Origin: Octopus vulgaris
Lineage: Eukaryota
NCBI GenBank assembly: GCA_951406725.2
Contig: OX597830.1
Span: forward strand, 59,086,001 to 59,150,000
Reading direction: 5' to 3'
DNA length: 64,000 bases
Shown here: one piece after another, positions 13,215 to 27,225 of the stretch
How positions within the stretch are numbered: the first letter of the stretch is position 1
Layout: each line of letters starts with the position of its first letter
Notes under the pieces: model-generated
Databases searched by the model: none
What the model was told of the DNA's origin: nothing
Seen by the model: the letters and a program-made list of their open reading frames with translations, nothing else
Made by a program: the position numbers and the translations under genes

Positions 13215-13845
13215 CATACTTACACAAGTGTCCTCTCCCACGACTTTGTTTCCTCATAACTTTAAGAAAATGTGTGTAGATTATAATTGTGGATTATAAA
13301 TGTGTGTAGATTATAATTGTGGATTATAAATGTGTGTAGATTATAATTGTGGATTATAAATGTGTGTAGATTATAATTGTGGATTATAAATGTGTGTAGA
13401 TTATAGTTATGTCGGAATCTGACCAAAAAAACAAAATTGCTGGGCGCCCACATATATTGACACATATCCCATGTACATCTACGAAATGAAACTTCAAATT
13501 TCGGAAAAATTATGAATTGTATCAGTATGTATGTCTGCGTGCCCAGAAAATTTTTCACATTAAATTCCAATATAATTTTAATCTACATACTCTGGTATTT
13601 GTAGGAAATTTCATTAAAAAATCTCAATTTTTCTGAAAGTTATGAGGAAACAAAGCCAACTCATGTGAATTTTCCAAAACTCCACCCTCCACTCATAGAA
13701 AAATCTTTACACAACAAATTTCGATATGATCGGAATCTACCCCCATTTAAAGCGCATTTGTACAAAATTTTATTTAAAAATATCCATTTTTCTGGAAGTT
13801 ATGAGGAAACAAAGTCGTGGTGAGAGGCACACTTGGGTAGGTATG
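13215..13845. mobile_element. MITE-like element with ~50-bp imperfect TIRs
   Basis: CATACTTACACAAGTGTCCTCTCCCACGACTTTGTTTCCTCATAACTT versus AAGTTATGAGGAAACAAAGTCGTGGTGAGAGGCACACTTGGGTAGGTATG; no TSD seen. Confidence 0.7.
13268..13404. repeat. 30-bp minisatellite, about 4.5 copies
   Basis: Unit AAATGTGTGTAGATTATAATTGTGGATTAT repeated without spacers. Confidence 0.95.
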
Positions 13846-14559
13846 CTGTGACTGAGGTTGTGAGAGTCGTGCATCCCAATTTTCTGAACGCTGTTAGGGC
13901 TATTCTTTCGTGATCTTTAATATACAGCAAATATTACCATACATTTCACCTTGGAACCTGTCATTATGAATACTCAATGAAACAGATGTTAAGACCTTCT
14001 AAATTGCTCAGTTTCAGGGAAAATGTCGGCATCGGTGAGGATAGAAACAGATCATATTTTTTACGTAATGAAGAAAAGGCGGAGTAGAGAGACTTAATCC
14101 TTTGTAACACCCAATATATAAGGCCCGGGTTGTATAACTGAAAATCCTCTGCAGTATTATGAAGACACGCAGTGAACTTCAGGAGAGATATGAAAATAAG
14201 AATAAAAATGAGCTTCTTTCTCCAAAACATCGGGAAATCCTACCTCATACAATAACAAACTATCTTACTGAAAAGGTTGACCGTGAGTAATCGTATGACT
14301 AAACGGAAATTGCAGGCTGTGAAGGACATAAACAATAAGCCCTACTAAACATCGATTTGTTTGTGTAAGAGGGAAAGCCAATATTTGCTTTTGTGGCGGG
14401 GTATAAGTTGTCTGAATAGATTTCCTGTATTCACACATATATTTTATATCGCAACTGATGAACAATAGCGCCGTCAGTTACAGGTTTCTAACGAGTCAAT
14501 CGCTGCTTCACTGTATTGCTGATGACGAAAATCACAAGGGAATATCTGTTAACTAGTTT

Positions 14560-14942
14560 CGTGGCACTCCGTCGGTTACGACGACGAAGGTTCGAGTTAA
14601 TCCGATCAACGGAACAGCCTGCTCGTGAAATTAACGTGCATGTGGCTGAGCACTCCACAGACATGTGTACCCTTAACATAGTTCTCCGTGAGATTCAGCG
14701 TGACACAGAGTGTGACAAGGCTGGCTCCTTTGAAGTACAGGTACAGCAGAAACCGAAAGAAAAAGTGAGAGAAAGTTGTGGTGAAAGAGTACATCAGGGT
14801 TCGCCACCACCCCTGACGGAACCTCGTGGAGCTTTATGTGTTTTCGCTCAATAAACACTCACAACGCCCGGTCTGGGAATCGAAACCGCGATCGTACGAT
14901 CGCGAGTCCGCTGCCCTAACCACTGGGCCATTGCGCCTCCAC
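14560..14942 (-). mobile_element. Full-length tRNA-derived SINE with 12-bp TSD
   Basis: Head GGAGGCGCAATGGCCCAGTGGTTAGGGCAGCGGAC...GTTTCGATTCCC; TSD GTTAACTAGTTT at 14548-14559 and 14943-14954. Related copies at 19403-19717 (+) and 30516-30880 (-). Confidence 0.88.
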
Positions 14943-15855
14943 GTTAACTAGTTTAGAGGAAATATGTCAAGAGACTTGGCTTAGTTTCAGGTTTTTCTTT
15001 CAGATGTTTATATTCTATGGCCGAAACACATTGGTAACAGATCTTTTGCCTTTTATCTTTTTGTTGTTTCACTCACGGTACTGCGGCCATGCTGGGGCAT
15101 CCGCTTGCAGGGTTTAGTCGAACAGATTGATCCTAGTACTTACTTGTTAAGTTTGGTACTTACTCTATCGGTCCTTTTGCCGAGCCGCTAGGCGACGGGA
15201 ACATAAGCAAACCAACACCGATTATCAAGCGGTGGGGTGGAGGAGACAAACACAAGCACATACACATACATACACATACATATACGCATTCCCACATAAA
15301 CACACATACTCATGCATGCATACATGCATATAACCAACCAACCAACCAACCAACCAACCGACCGACCATTCCACGGTTTCTCTCATTTAATCTCTCTTAG
15401 ATCATCAAACCAATTTTTCACCCTTACAGGAATCCACATACTTTTGCGTGACGACTCTAATTGACCTCAGTACATGACTGGTACTTATAATATTGAACTT
15501 GAAAAGATGAACGGTAAAGGATTGAAAGCGAAAATGCTATAATTATAAACACTTCATTCATTGGGTTCCAGAAAATTCTCTTTTAAGACACTAGGGTATA
15601 AACTGAGGGAGAGTTGGCATCTCTTTCTAGTAGGTCGAGCAATTAAGTAGAGGCTCCCCTCATTAGCTCAAAATATATTTTAATCATTTTTGCTCTGGGC
15701 GCAAGGCCCGAAATATTTGAGGGAGGGTGGGCAGTCGATGAGATCGACTCTGCTATGCAACTGGTACTTAGTTTATCGACCCCGAAAGAATGAACGGCAA
15801 AGTCGACCTCGGCAGAATTTGAACTCAGAACGTTAGATTCACTACAGCACGGAGT

Positions 15856-15906
15856 TTTGTCAGTGAACAGGTCGCAGTCTCAAAGCGACGAAAATATTTT
15901 GACAAA
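15856..15906 (+). ncRNA. Type-I hammerhead motif with G3-C8 swapped core (GTGAACA)
   Basis: Stem I TTTGTCA/TGACAAA, core GTGAACA, stem II GTCGC/GCGAC, GAAA, palindromic AATATT stem III. Lies in a ~200-bp repeat also present at 59202-59400 (-). Confidence 0.62.
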
Positions 15907-16041
15907 TTAAATTTAAATGTTGAAGTGAATCTAACGGTTTTTGCGTGTTTCTTAAATGGCGTATAAACACCTTCCACGCTGCAATTGTTTTCGTTCCAGC
16001 ACACGATCACAGATCAGGTCACTTGCTATGCAAGTACATCT

Positions 16042-16085
<44 letters not shown>

Positions 16086-16790
16086 ACTCTGATAATGTTT
16101 GCTATAAAACTTTAGTTGACATTTGTATTTAGTCCAATATTCTATTGTATAATAATTCTTTCTATGGTAGTTACAAGAACAAAGATTCTGAAGAAGTGTG
16201 GGGGGGGGGCAGTGCTCAATTGACCTCTAAAGAAGGAAAGGCAAATCGATCTGGGCGGAAATTGAACTCAGAACGTAAAGACAGACGAAATGCCGCCAAG
16301 CATTTTGCCCGGCATGCTAACGATTCTGCCAACTCGCCGAATTTAGTCTGTCTTTACGTTTTGAGTTCAAATGCCGTCGGGGTCGACTTTGCCCTTCATC
16401 CTTTCGGGTTGATAAAATAGGTGTCAGTTGAACCCTGGAGTCGATGTAATCAACTTACCCCAACCCACGAACTTGCTGGCCTTGTGCCAAAATTTGAAAC
16501 CAATATTCAAACGAATTGTTATAAACTTCAAAACATTTGAATATCACGAGACAATTGTTTCTTGGTTTTTAATAGTGTTTTATTATTATTATCAGTATTT
16601 ATTTATTATTTATTATTTTTTTTTGTTCTGTCGAAGGATTTTCTTATTGAAGTAAAGATGAATTGTTTAGAAGTCGGCTCCGTCTCGTAACAGCAACATT
16701 TAGAGGTGTGGCCAAATAATTGTACGCTCCCTTGACGTTATTGTGCGTTATATACCTTTATTATTATTATTATTTTTATTATTATTATTA

Positions 16791-16846
<56 letters not shown>

Positions 16847-17241
16847 TCATTGAAACAACGTAAAATGTGATTTAAGCCAGATTAAGAAGACCTGTTGTGG
16901 CAAAAATCTTGCTTTAAATTGCAGCTGTCGCTGTTAGAAGTTGACTCATCGTGGAGCTATTTTCTGTGAGAAACTTGGCCATTTCTACTATCTCCACTTT
17001 TTTTTATCTTCATCTTTCTATCGCCCCTTCGTTCACAGAGAGGAAACCACACACACACACACACATACACATACACACACACACCGTCTTTCTCTCCCTC
17101 CCTTCTCTATCTCACACACACTCCCTGTATATATGAGTGTGTGTGTATATATGTATGTATGTGTGTGTATATATGCATACATATATATATATATATATAA
17201 ACACATACACACATATATGTGTGTATATATATCTTTATATA

Positions 17242-17290
<49 letters not shown>

Positions 17291-17322
17291 ACATATATGT
17301 CAATATACATATATATATATAT

Positions 17323-17370
<48 letters not shown>

Positions 17371-17456
17371 ACATATATGTCTATATACACACTCGAGCGC
17401 TCACATATCTGTGGCCCTTTTTTTCTTTCATACTTTCGCTCTCACTCTCTCACCTC

Positions 17457-17493
<37 letters not shown>

Positions 17494-17498
17494 CCTAG

Positions 17499-17591
17499 GG
17501 AGGGACACAGTTATAACAGTGGCTGGTGGCAGGTGCGTTAGTCCGGACGATTTCAGCACAGGTGCGCTGCTGCTGTTCCCCGTTCAACATG
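17499..17591 (+). CDS. Coding exon 2 of the omega-loop protein gene
   Basis: (TC)n-TGTTTCCTAG acceptor, 93 nt phase 1-1, reads GRDTVITVAGGRCVSPDDFSTGALLLFPVQH, donor G|GTTAGG. Confidence 0.65.
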
Positions 17592-18133
17592 GTTAGGTAT
17601 GCCAACATGTCGAAGCTAGCGGCGAGAATGCGAGATGTGTGTACCAAGACATGGTAGATTTTCTAAGACACAGATAGACAACGTGTTGTTGAAGTGGCCG
17701 CCAATGAGACTGCTGTCCAATAAAGTATTGATAAATTACGCCTCTGTGACTCACCTGGCAACTGATATAAACAAGGTGTGCATGAGGTTTTTGTAGCAAT
17801 CAAAGGAAAAGAGCTTTTGACGACAGCTGGCAGCTAACTATATTCAGACCTACCTTAAACACTAATGTTTCCCTTTATTTTACAAATGCTCTCTCTCTCC
17901 CTCTCTCTCCCTCTCTCCCTCTCTCTCTCTCTTTCTCTTTCCTTTTCTTTCTCTCATACTCTCTCTTCCTCCTCCTTCTCTCTGAATTTTGTTTTTAATA
18001 AAGGAACAAAATATAGAATCCCTATTCAACACTCAATCTTTCTCTATCTTCTTTTACGTGTGAATATGTATGTATGGATGTATGTATGTATCTCTCTCGT
18101 TCCTTCTGTCTCCTCTCACTCTCTTTCTCTCTT

Positions 18134-18166
<33 letters not shown>

Positions 18167-18415
18167 ACATACGCATGTGTATGTATGTTTGTATGTATGT
18201 ATGTATCTATCTGTCTATATATCTATCTACCTACCTACCTATCTATCTATACATACATACATGCCTAGAAACAGACACACTACATTATGAATATGAAGGT
18301 ATATATATATGTGTGTGTGTGTGTGTGTTTCTGTGTATATGTCTGAATGAGTGCGCGAGAGTGCACACACACACACACACATACACACATATGTATATAC
18401 ATGTGTGTGAGTTTG

Positions 18416-18459
<44 letters not shown>

Positions 18460-18487
18460 TGTATGTATATATATATATATGTATATA

Positions 18488-18540
<53 letters not shown>

Positions 18541-18701
18541 ATATATATATATATACATATATACATATATATATATATACATACATAAATATATATATAT
18601 ATATATATGTATATGTATGTATGTATATATATATATATGTGTGTATGTATATATATATATATATGTATGTATGTATATATATATGTGTGTGTATGTATGT
18701 G

Positions 18702-18782
<81 letters not shown>

Positions 18783-18789
18783 ATTATTA

Positions 18790-19364
<575 letters not shown>

Positions 19365-20031
19365 TATGTATGTATATAAGTATACATACATATGAATGCA
19401 CGTGGCTTAGGGGTTAGGGCATGCTGCACACAATCGTAAGGTCATGAGTTCAATTCCTGGCAGCATGTTGTGTCCTTGAGCCAGCCACTTTATTTCCCGT
19501 TGCTCCAGTTCACTCAGCTGGCAAAAACGAGCAGAACCTCAATTTCAAAGGGGCCAGTCTTGTCACACACTGTGTCACGCTGAATCTCCCCGAGAACTAC
19601 GTTAAGGGTACTCGTGTCTGTGGAGTACTCAGCCACTTTCACGTTAATTTCACGAGCAAGCTGTTCCGTTGATCGGATCAATTGGAACCTTTGTCGTCGT
19701 ACCTGATGGAGTGCCATAGTAATACATACATGTGTATATATATATACATATATATATACAGTATTTAAATATTTCAAAGGGAAATGGAATTTAATTAAAA
19801 TTAAAAACATTCAATTAAAATTTATATTTCCAGTGGTCTAACGCGTAAAAAATTTTAGTCAAAAAGGCGATATATTAGTCATACGAGAGTATCCACTTAT
19901 AGGGATTCTACGCATTAGAAAGAACAGCTAAGTTCTGTAAACCACAAAAAATTCGGGACAAAATTCGACAGGAATAAATTTGGAAATGAAAACCATATAT
20001 TAATATAAGTATATGAACTTAGGTTTCGTAA

Positions 20032-20091
<60 letters not shown>

Positions 20092-20535
20092 GACGGGATT
20101 CTTTCAGTTTCCGTCTACCAAATCCACTCACAAGGTTTTGGTCGACCCGGTTCTATAGCAGAACACACATGCCCAAGGTGGTACGCCCTGGGATTCAACC
20201 TGGAACCATGTTGCCGTGAAGTAAGCTTCCTGACACACAGCCATTCCCTCGCCTATACACACACATGGAATAGAAAAACAGCCGACGACTGAAGAAGGGT
20301 CGTTTTTTTTTAGGTTGCTTCTCTTGTTTTCCATTTGTTTCTTTCGCTGTTCGCAAAAAGAAGTTCGTATTCCATGTTTTCGTATTTCGTATTTCATGTT
20401 GTTTACGTTCTGTGACGTCTTGTGCCCATATATGCAAATGTATATACACATATATGTATATACACATATATTTATATACACATATATGTAACTATGTACA
20501 TATATGTAACTATGTACATATATGTAGATTATTTA

Positions 20536-20597
<62 letters not shown>

Positions 20598-20599
<2 letters not shown>

Positions 20600-21118
20600 G
20601 AGTGAGAGTGCAGCCGTGCATGCCATCAAAGTGACACTGGGGTAAAATATACGAAGCCCAATATACCCATCATGACTACCCGTCTGATAAGGGTACACCA
20701 GGCACATGCATCACAACCATATGTGCGCGACATGGTGATCTCATATCAAGATAAACAGCACATGACCTTGCAGGTGGGGCCCAGTTAGAATTTTCTTCAG
20801 GTTGAGTAGCCCATCCCGCTCAAACGGTCCCTGAATAAGGGTTGTTTAAGGATGTTGAAAGAACCACCCATGTTTCCAGAGGTGAATTATTCAAACCCCA
20901 AAGAATCCCTCTCAACACATGACTACGATGCTCCCCCACTACTTCTGCTCGTGATCAGGGAGGCACATATCGTCAGCCACTAAGGGACATGCTCAACTGG
21001 TTATGGTCAAACAACTGACGAGCAAATCTGTGATATTGAGCAGAATATTTGCTGTAGCCCATCTTTTATACGAAGACAAAACAATGTACACGATGACACT
21101 TGCAATCAGTTAAGATCA
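20598..21118 (-). mobile_element. ~520-bp non-coding retroposon inserted in a (TAA)n array
   Basis: Non-microsatellite block bounded on both sides by long ATT arrays; its 3' part matches 3617-3830. Confidence 0.75.
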
Positions 21119-21232
<114 letters not shown>

Positions 21233-21287
21233 TTATTATATACATACGTACATGCATACATACATTTATATATAACATATCATATAT

Positions 21288-21367
<80 letters not shown>

Positions 21368-21402
21368 CAGATATAGATAGAGAGAGAGACACACACACAC
21401 AA

Positions 21403-21443
<41 letters not shown>

Positions 21444-21852
21444 AAATATAGAATCTATCTATCCATCCATACGTCTACATGTCCACATGTCGTCGAGTAC
21501 CTGAGCACTGTATACACCAAGTTCATCATTACACTCATACAAACTTATAGGCAAGCCTACAAATATTTATGCATGTATATCCGTTTTTTGTATAACTGTG
21601 TGCTAGCGTGTGCACGCGCACGTGTGTGTATGTATGTGCGTTGCTAAATATTTACCTGTCTGTCTATTTTTATGTAGGTACGTTTCTGTAGGCATAAATG
21701 TAATTTAATAGAAGTCTGAAATTCATGTCATACGAGACGAACAGGCAATGTATACACATATACACTCCTGTGAATATACACACATGACACACAACAGCCA
21801 TTTGTCTGATATGTGTGAATTCATATCTTTATGCAGACAGACACTTGTACAG

Positions 21853-21896
<44 letters not shown>

Positions 21897-22244
21897 TGAG
21901 AATGTGTGTGTGTGTGTGTGTGTAAATACTAAAACTCGAGAAATAGGCAACGGATTTCATTCAAATTTTACACATGCCTTACTTAGCGTCCATGCAGTGT
22001 CATGGGCCAAAACGATTTTCAACTTCTTGCCTAATGCAAGCCCAGAGCAATCTCTTATCTCTTCCACTGTTTCCGTATTACATGTCAAAAGTGAAACAGT
22101 AACGTCTCGATTAATACTTTCACTATTATATGCTTTCAATTTCTATTACTTTCATTATGTATCTATATATATATATATATATATATATTAGTTTCACTTC
22201 TAATACTTTCATAATGTATTTATGTACATGTTTGTGTATATATA

Positions 22245-23517
22245 CGAGGGGCGTTCAATAAGTAATGCCCCTGACCCACTTCCCATAGCAGTAGAGCAAC
22301 GAAACTTGGCACAGTTATTAGTCTTTTTCTACATAGGAACCACCCAGAGTTACGCATTTCTCCCATCGTTTGATGCAGCTCTGGAGACCGTTTTTGTAGA
22401 AGAACCCAGCTTGGTCCTCCAACCTCAACGTGACTTCAGAAATCAAGGCTGCATCATCTGGGAAACGCTTTCCTTTCAAAAACAACTTCATGATTGGGAA
22501 GAGGTGAAAATCAGAGGGTGCAAGGTCAGGAGAGTAGGGGGGATGGGGAGGAGTTCATAGCCATACGCCTGTGCTTCTGATCTGGCGACAAGCGAGTTGT
22601 GGACCGGAGCGTTGTCCTGCAGGAGGAGGATGCTTTGCTGATCTTGCCCCGCCTCTTGATTTTGATAACTTCTCTTAATTTCCTCAAAAGTGAAGCATTA
22701 TAGGCTCCTGCAATTGTGGTACCCTTTGCCAGGAAATCTGTCATCACTACTCCGTCCTGGTCCCAGAAGACTGTGAGCATGACCTTGCCAGCGGAGGGCT
22801 GCACCCTTGCCTTCTTTGGAGGGGGTGAGTCACGGTGCTTCCACTGCATTGACTGGGCTTTGGTCTCTGGATCATCGTGATGGACCCAGGTTTCATCCTA
22901 ATGTGATCAGTCTTTTGAAAAAATTTGACTCATCTTCTTGGCACATCTCCAAATTCACCCTCGAGCACTCGACGCGTTCTTGCTTCTGGAAAGGCGTGAG
23001 CAACCTGGGAATCCATCTGGCAGACACCTTTTGCATATGCAAATGGTCATGAATGATAGTTTCCACAGACCCGGTACTAATCTTGACCTCATGGGCTATT
23101 TGGCGAATAATTATGCGTCGATCTTCCAAAATGGCAGCCTCAACTTGATGGACAGATGCCTCATCAATGGCAGAAGGGGGCGACCAGATCTGGGAGCTGT
23201 TTCTACAGAGTTCCGACCATGTTTGAATTCACGATGCCAGCGTTTTACAAGGTCATATGATGGGGCATCATCACCATAAGTTACTTTCATTTCATCAAAA
23301 GTCTCCCGTGGTGTGCGTCCTTTCAAATACAAAAACCGGATCACTGCTCGACACTCAACAGGCTCCATTTCACACTTGACTCGGTTCAAACACCTGTAAA
23401 TCAGAAACCACAATTAATTCACAATTATATAGAGATATAAATGATTACACATGCAAAATTTCAGCTAGATCAAACAACTGCAAGTGGGTCAGAGGCATTA
23501 CTTATTGAACGTCCCTC

Positions 23518-23518
<1 letters not shown>
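22245..23518 (-). mobile_element. Full-length mariner transposon (irritans-like), transposase frameshifted
   Basis: TIRs CGAGGGGCGTTCAATAAGTAATGCC / GGCATTACTTATTGAACGTCCCTCG with TA flanks. ORF pieces MEPVECRAVIRFLYLKG..RSGRP, WIPRLL, KVMLTVFWD. Confidence 0.93.
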
Positions 23519-23573
<55 letters not shown>

Positions 23574-24106
23574 CCCTTTTTTTCTTGTGCATGTGCGTAT
23601 ATTGACGTGTGTATGAATCATTTTTGAGCGCGCGCGCGTGTGTGTTTCAAGTGAGGGTGGATGAGTATATACATATAGGCGCATGTACGTGGGTGTACGG
23701 GCGCGCATGTGTATGTATGGACATGCGCGCATACACGATTACTATGAACATTTTTACTCCCTCCCCTCACTTAGCGGTCATTCTTATACCTCTTTTGTCT
23801 TAATAACGGTCAATCACACAGTAATTTCCCTTTGTTTTAACGGTCATTTTCATAGCATTTTTCCGATGGCCCGATAACTGAAGAGATGATGGCATGGGTT
23901 TCCGCTCCGACATCCGACACTCGGAGTTTTATCATGGCTACCGAATAATTGTCACATGTTACATTTACAGATAAATTCCTTTATTTACATAAATCGAGGT
24001 CTCTTTCATTCTTTTGTTGTCTTTCCATTTCTATCAATATATATATATATAGGCACACACACAAACATATATACATATGTGTATATATATATATAATGTA
24101 TGTATG

Positions 24107-24179
<73 letters not shown>

Positions 24180-24385
24180 ATATATCTAGAAGACCCAAGC
24201 CTGTAAGACTATGTAAGTGCCATGGGAAGACCGTAAATAGATTCGGTTCGATAGTAATAATACGAGTGAGGAGTACGGCTGTTGTGTGAACATTATTATT
24301 ATTAAGATTGGAATAAAAAATATGTTAAATAAAACGGGACAATAAATCCAAGGCTTCGTTTTGTTGTCAACTCTTATTTAACATT

Positions 24386-24420
<35 letters not shown>

Positions 24421-24471
24421 GTATACATACATAATACATACATACAGAGAGAGAGAAAGAGAGCGAGAGAA

Positions 24472-24508
<37 letters not shown>

Positions 24509-24989
24509 GATAGAGAAAGCAAAAGACAAAAGACGAAGTGCGAGGAAGAAGGACGGAGAGGATTATTGATTATTGATCTGCAAGTGTTATAAATTTGTAA
24601 TTAGCCGAGAAACATTATTTAACAGTAATCGATGTTTGTAAGTATATCAAATAAAAGCCAGCGAATAGAACAGTCTAGTTGCTGCTCTGTGGTCGCCCGT
24701 CGTGCTAGAAATAACCGCCAAATATCCTTCAAATCGAACCTTACCATATTAAAGATTAAAAAAATACACAAGAAACGGACTGGACTCATTATATAAAGGA
24801 TGATGTGATCTTAAATACATAATGTCTGAAATAAAATATCCGATGTCCATTTCTGGAATGTTCTCCAACCATAGATTCGGCTTTGTGGGTCTGCCTTGCC
24901 ATCTCACCCCCAAACATATGTTTAAGGTTTAAAAACAAACAAAGGTTTCTAGTTTTATTCCAATGTGGAATTTGGAAATGGCTGGCAGT

Positions 24990-25375
24990 CTTTTATTCTT
25001 TTACTTGTTTCAGTCATTTGACTGCGGCCATGCTGGAGCACCGTCTCTAGTTGAGCAAATCGACCCCAGGACTTATTCTTTGTAAGCCCAGTACTTATTC
25101 TATCGGTCTCTTTTGCCGAACCCCTATAATACGGGGACGCAAACACAATAACATCGGTTGTGAAACGATGATGGGGAGACAAACACAGACACAAAAACAT
25201 ATACACATACATATATATACGACGGGCTTCTTTCAGTTTCCGTCTATCAAATCCACTTACAAGACTTTGGTCGGCCCGAGGTTATAGTAGAAGATACTTG
25301 TCCAAGGTGCCACGCAGTGGGACTGAACCCGGAACCATGTGGTTGGTAAGCAATCTACTTACAACACAGCCACGC
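24990..25375 (-). mobile_element. Full-length tRNA-derived SINE with internal microsatellite
   Basis: Head GTGGCTGTGTTGTAAG..GGTTCAGTCCC and tail GCAGTCAAATGACTGAAACAAGTAAAAGAATAAAAG. Related copies at 36020-36440 (-) and 56915-57310 (+). Confidence 0.82.
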
Positions 25376-25495
25376 CGAACCGCTATGTTATGGGGACTTA
25401 AACACATAGGCATCGGTTGTCAAGCGATGTTGGGGGACAAACACAGACACACACATATGCACACACATACATAAATACATGGGCATACATATATA

Positions 25496-26748
25496 AAGGG
25501 GTTGGACAAAATTTCAAACAAATTTATATTAATATGGGATATGACCGCCTTTGGCAGGAATTACAGCTTAAATTCTACGAGGTATGGACTCGTACAAAGT
25601 TTGAATTGTTTCCAAAGGGATTTTTGTCCATTCTTCAGCTAAAACAGTCTCCAGTTCTTGTAGTGATGATGGTGGAGGATATTAACACCTTGTTTTTCTA
25701 AAATGCACCATAAATGTTCAATGATATTGAGATCTGGGGACTGTGGTGGCCAGATAAGATGTTCAACTTCACTAGAATGATCCTTGTGCCATTCAGTAAC
25801 AACTTTAGCTCTGTGAATTGGTGCATTATCATCCTATGATAGCGTTTCCCTCCGGAAACAGTTCCGCAATCATCGGATGAATTTGATGAGATAAAATGCT
25901 TAAATAGTCTTGACTATTAATTCTGTCATGAAAGGAAACCATTGGGCTGGCGGATTTCCAAGATATAGCTCCCCAGATCATCACAGATCCTCCTCCATGT
26001 TTAACAGTTGGAAGAAGGCAGTCTGGGTCAAATGCTTCTTTTGGCTGTCTCCACGCGTATACTCGGCCGGTGGTCGGAAATAAGGTAAAGGATGATACAC
26101 CCGAGAAAATAATATTCTGCCGCTGCTCTGGAGACCAATTCTGTGGGGTTTTGCTCTATTCTAAACGCTTTGCAACGTTTGTTTTTGAAAGTAGTGGTCT
26201 TCTGATTGCAGCCCTCCTATAAAATCCTGCTTTGTGCAGCTCTCGGTGAACAGTTTTTGCGGAAACTGGGTCCTCGAAGTGATCATTAAGCTCTGCAGTA
26301 ATTTTAGGAGCTGTACTTTCGTGATCCTTTCTAACTATTTGCGTAAGAGTCCGACGGTCCTTACCTGAAAGTTTTGGTTTTCTTCCGGAGTTTTGTTTCG
26401 ACGAGGAGGTTTTCCCTCTTTCTCATAGGGTGTTATTACTTTCGAGACAGTACTTCTTGATACACCAAACATTTCGGCTGTTTTCGTTACGCTAGCGCCT
26501 ACCATACAAGCACCAACAATTTGACCTCTTTGAAAGTCTGATAGATCTGTCATTTTAATGAATTTTAATTACCTTTTTCTCATGATATCTGAAAAGAAAG
26601 AGCAATTTTAGAAAAACATATTAAGCAACACTAATAATAAATCAAAAAACATAAAAAGAAACAAGATTTGACGGTTTTATAGATATTTCAAAATTATGAT
26701 GCTATGATGTATGATGCTAGGTGTTTCCATTATTTTGTCCAACCCCTG
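25496..26748 (-). mobile_element. Tc1-like transposon, decayed, nested in a SINE
   Basis: Ends AGGGGTTGGACAAAAT / ATTTTGTCCAACCCCTG with TA flanks. ORF start MTDLSDFQRGQIVGA..; TVKHGGGSVMIWG and SPDLNIIE motifs readable on the minus strand. Confidence 0.9.
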
Positions 26749-27225
26749 TATATATATATATACGACGAGCTTCTTTCAATTTCCGTCTATCAAATCCACC
26801 CACGAGGATTTGGTCGGTCTGAAGCTATGGTAGAATACACTTGCCCAAGGTGCCACACAGCGGGACTGAACCCGGAACCATGTGGTTGGTAAGCAAGCTT
26901 CTTACCACACAGTCACTCCTTCGCATATGAAAACAATTTCAATAAAAAGCAAGATTCAAGATTTTACAGATTCAAGATTCAACAGATTCAACAAGGAATA
27001 AAAGAACTCATCTTCTTCCACTCCGAATCTGAAGTCAGAGGTAGCATATATATATGTATATATGTGTATATATATGTATATATATGTATATATATGAGCT
27101 TGAAACTCATATCAGAGTAACTCACTGTAAACATTATTATTAAAATTAAAATTAAAATTATCCCCTCAAAAAGCTAATTTCTACTCATTCTTTCAAATAT
27201 AAATGTGTGTATGTGTATATATATA

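Noticed and set aside
13268-13404. 30-bp repeats as a CRISPR array
   Set aside because: No spacers, eukaryotic context, no cas genes.
27096-27125. GAAACTC-ATATCA-GAGTA hammerhead 3' half
   Set aside because: The 5' core is missing; a TA microsatellite lies directly upstream.
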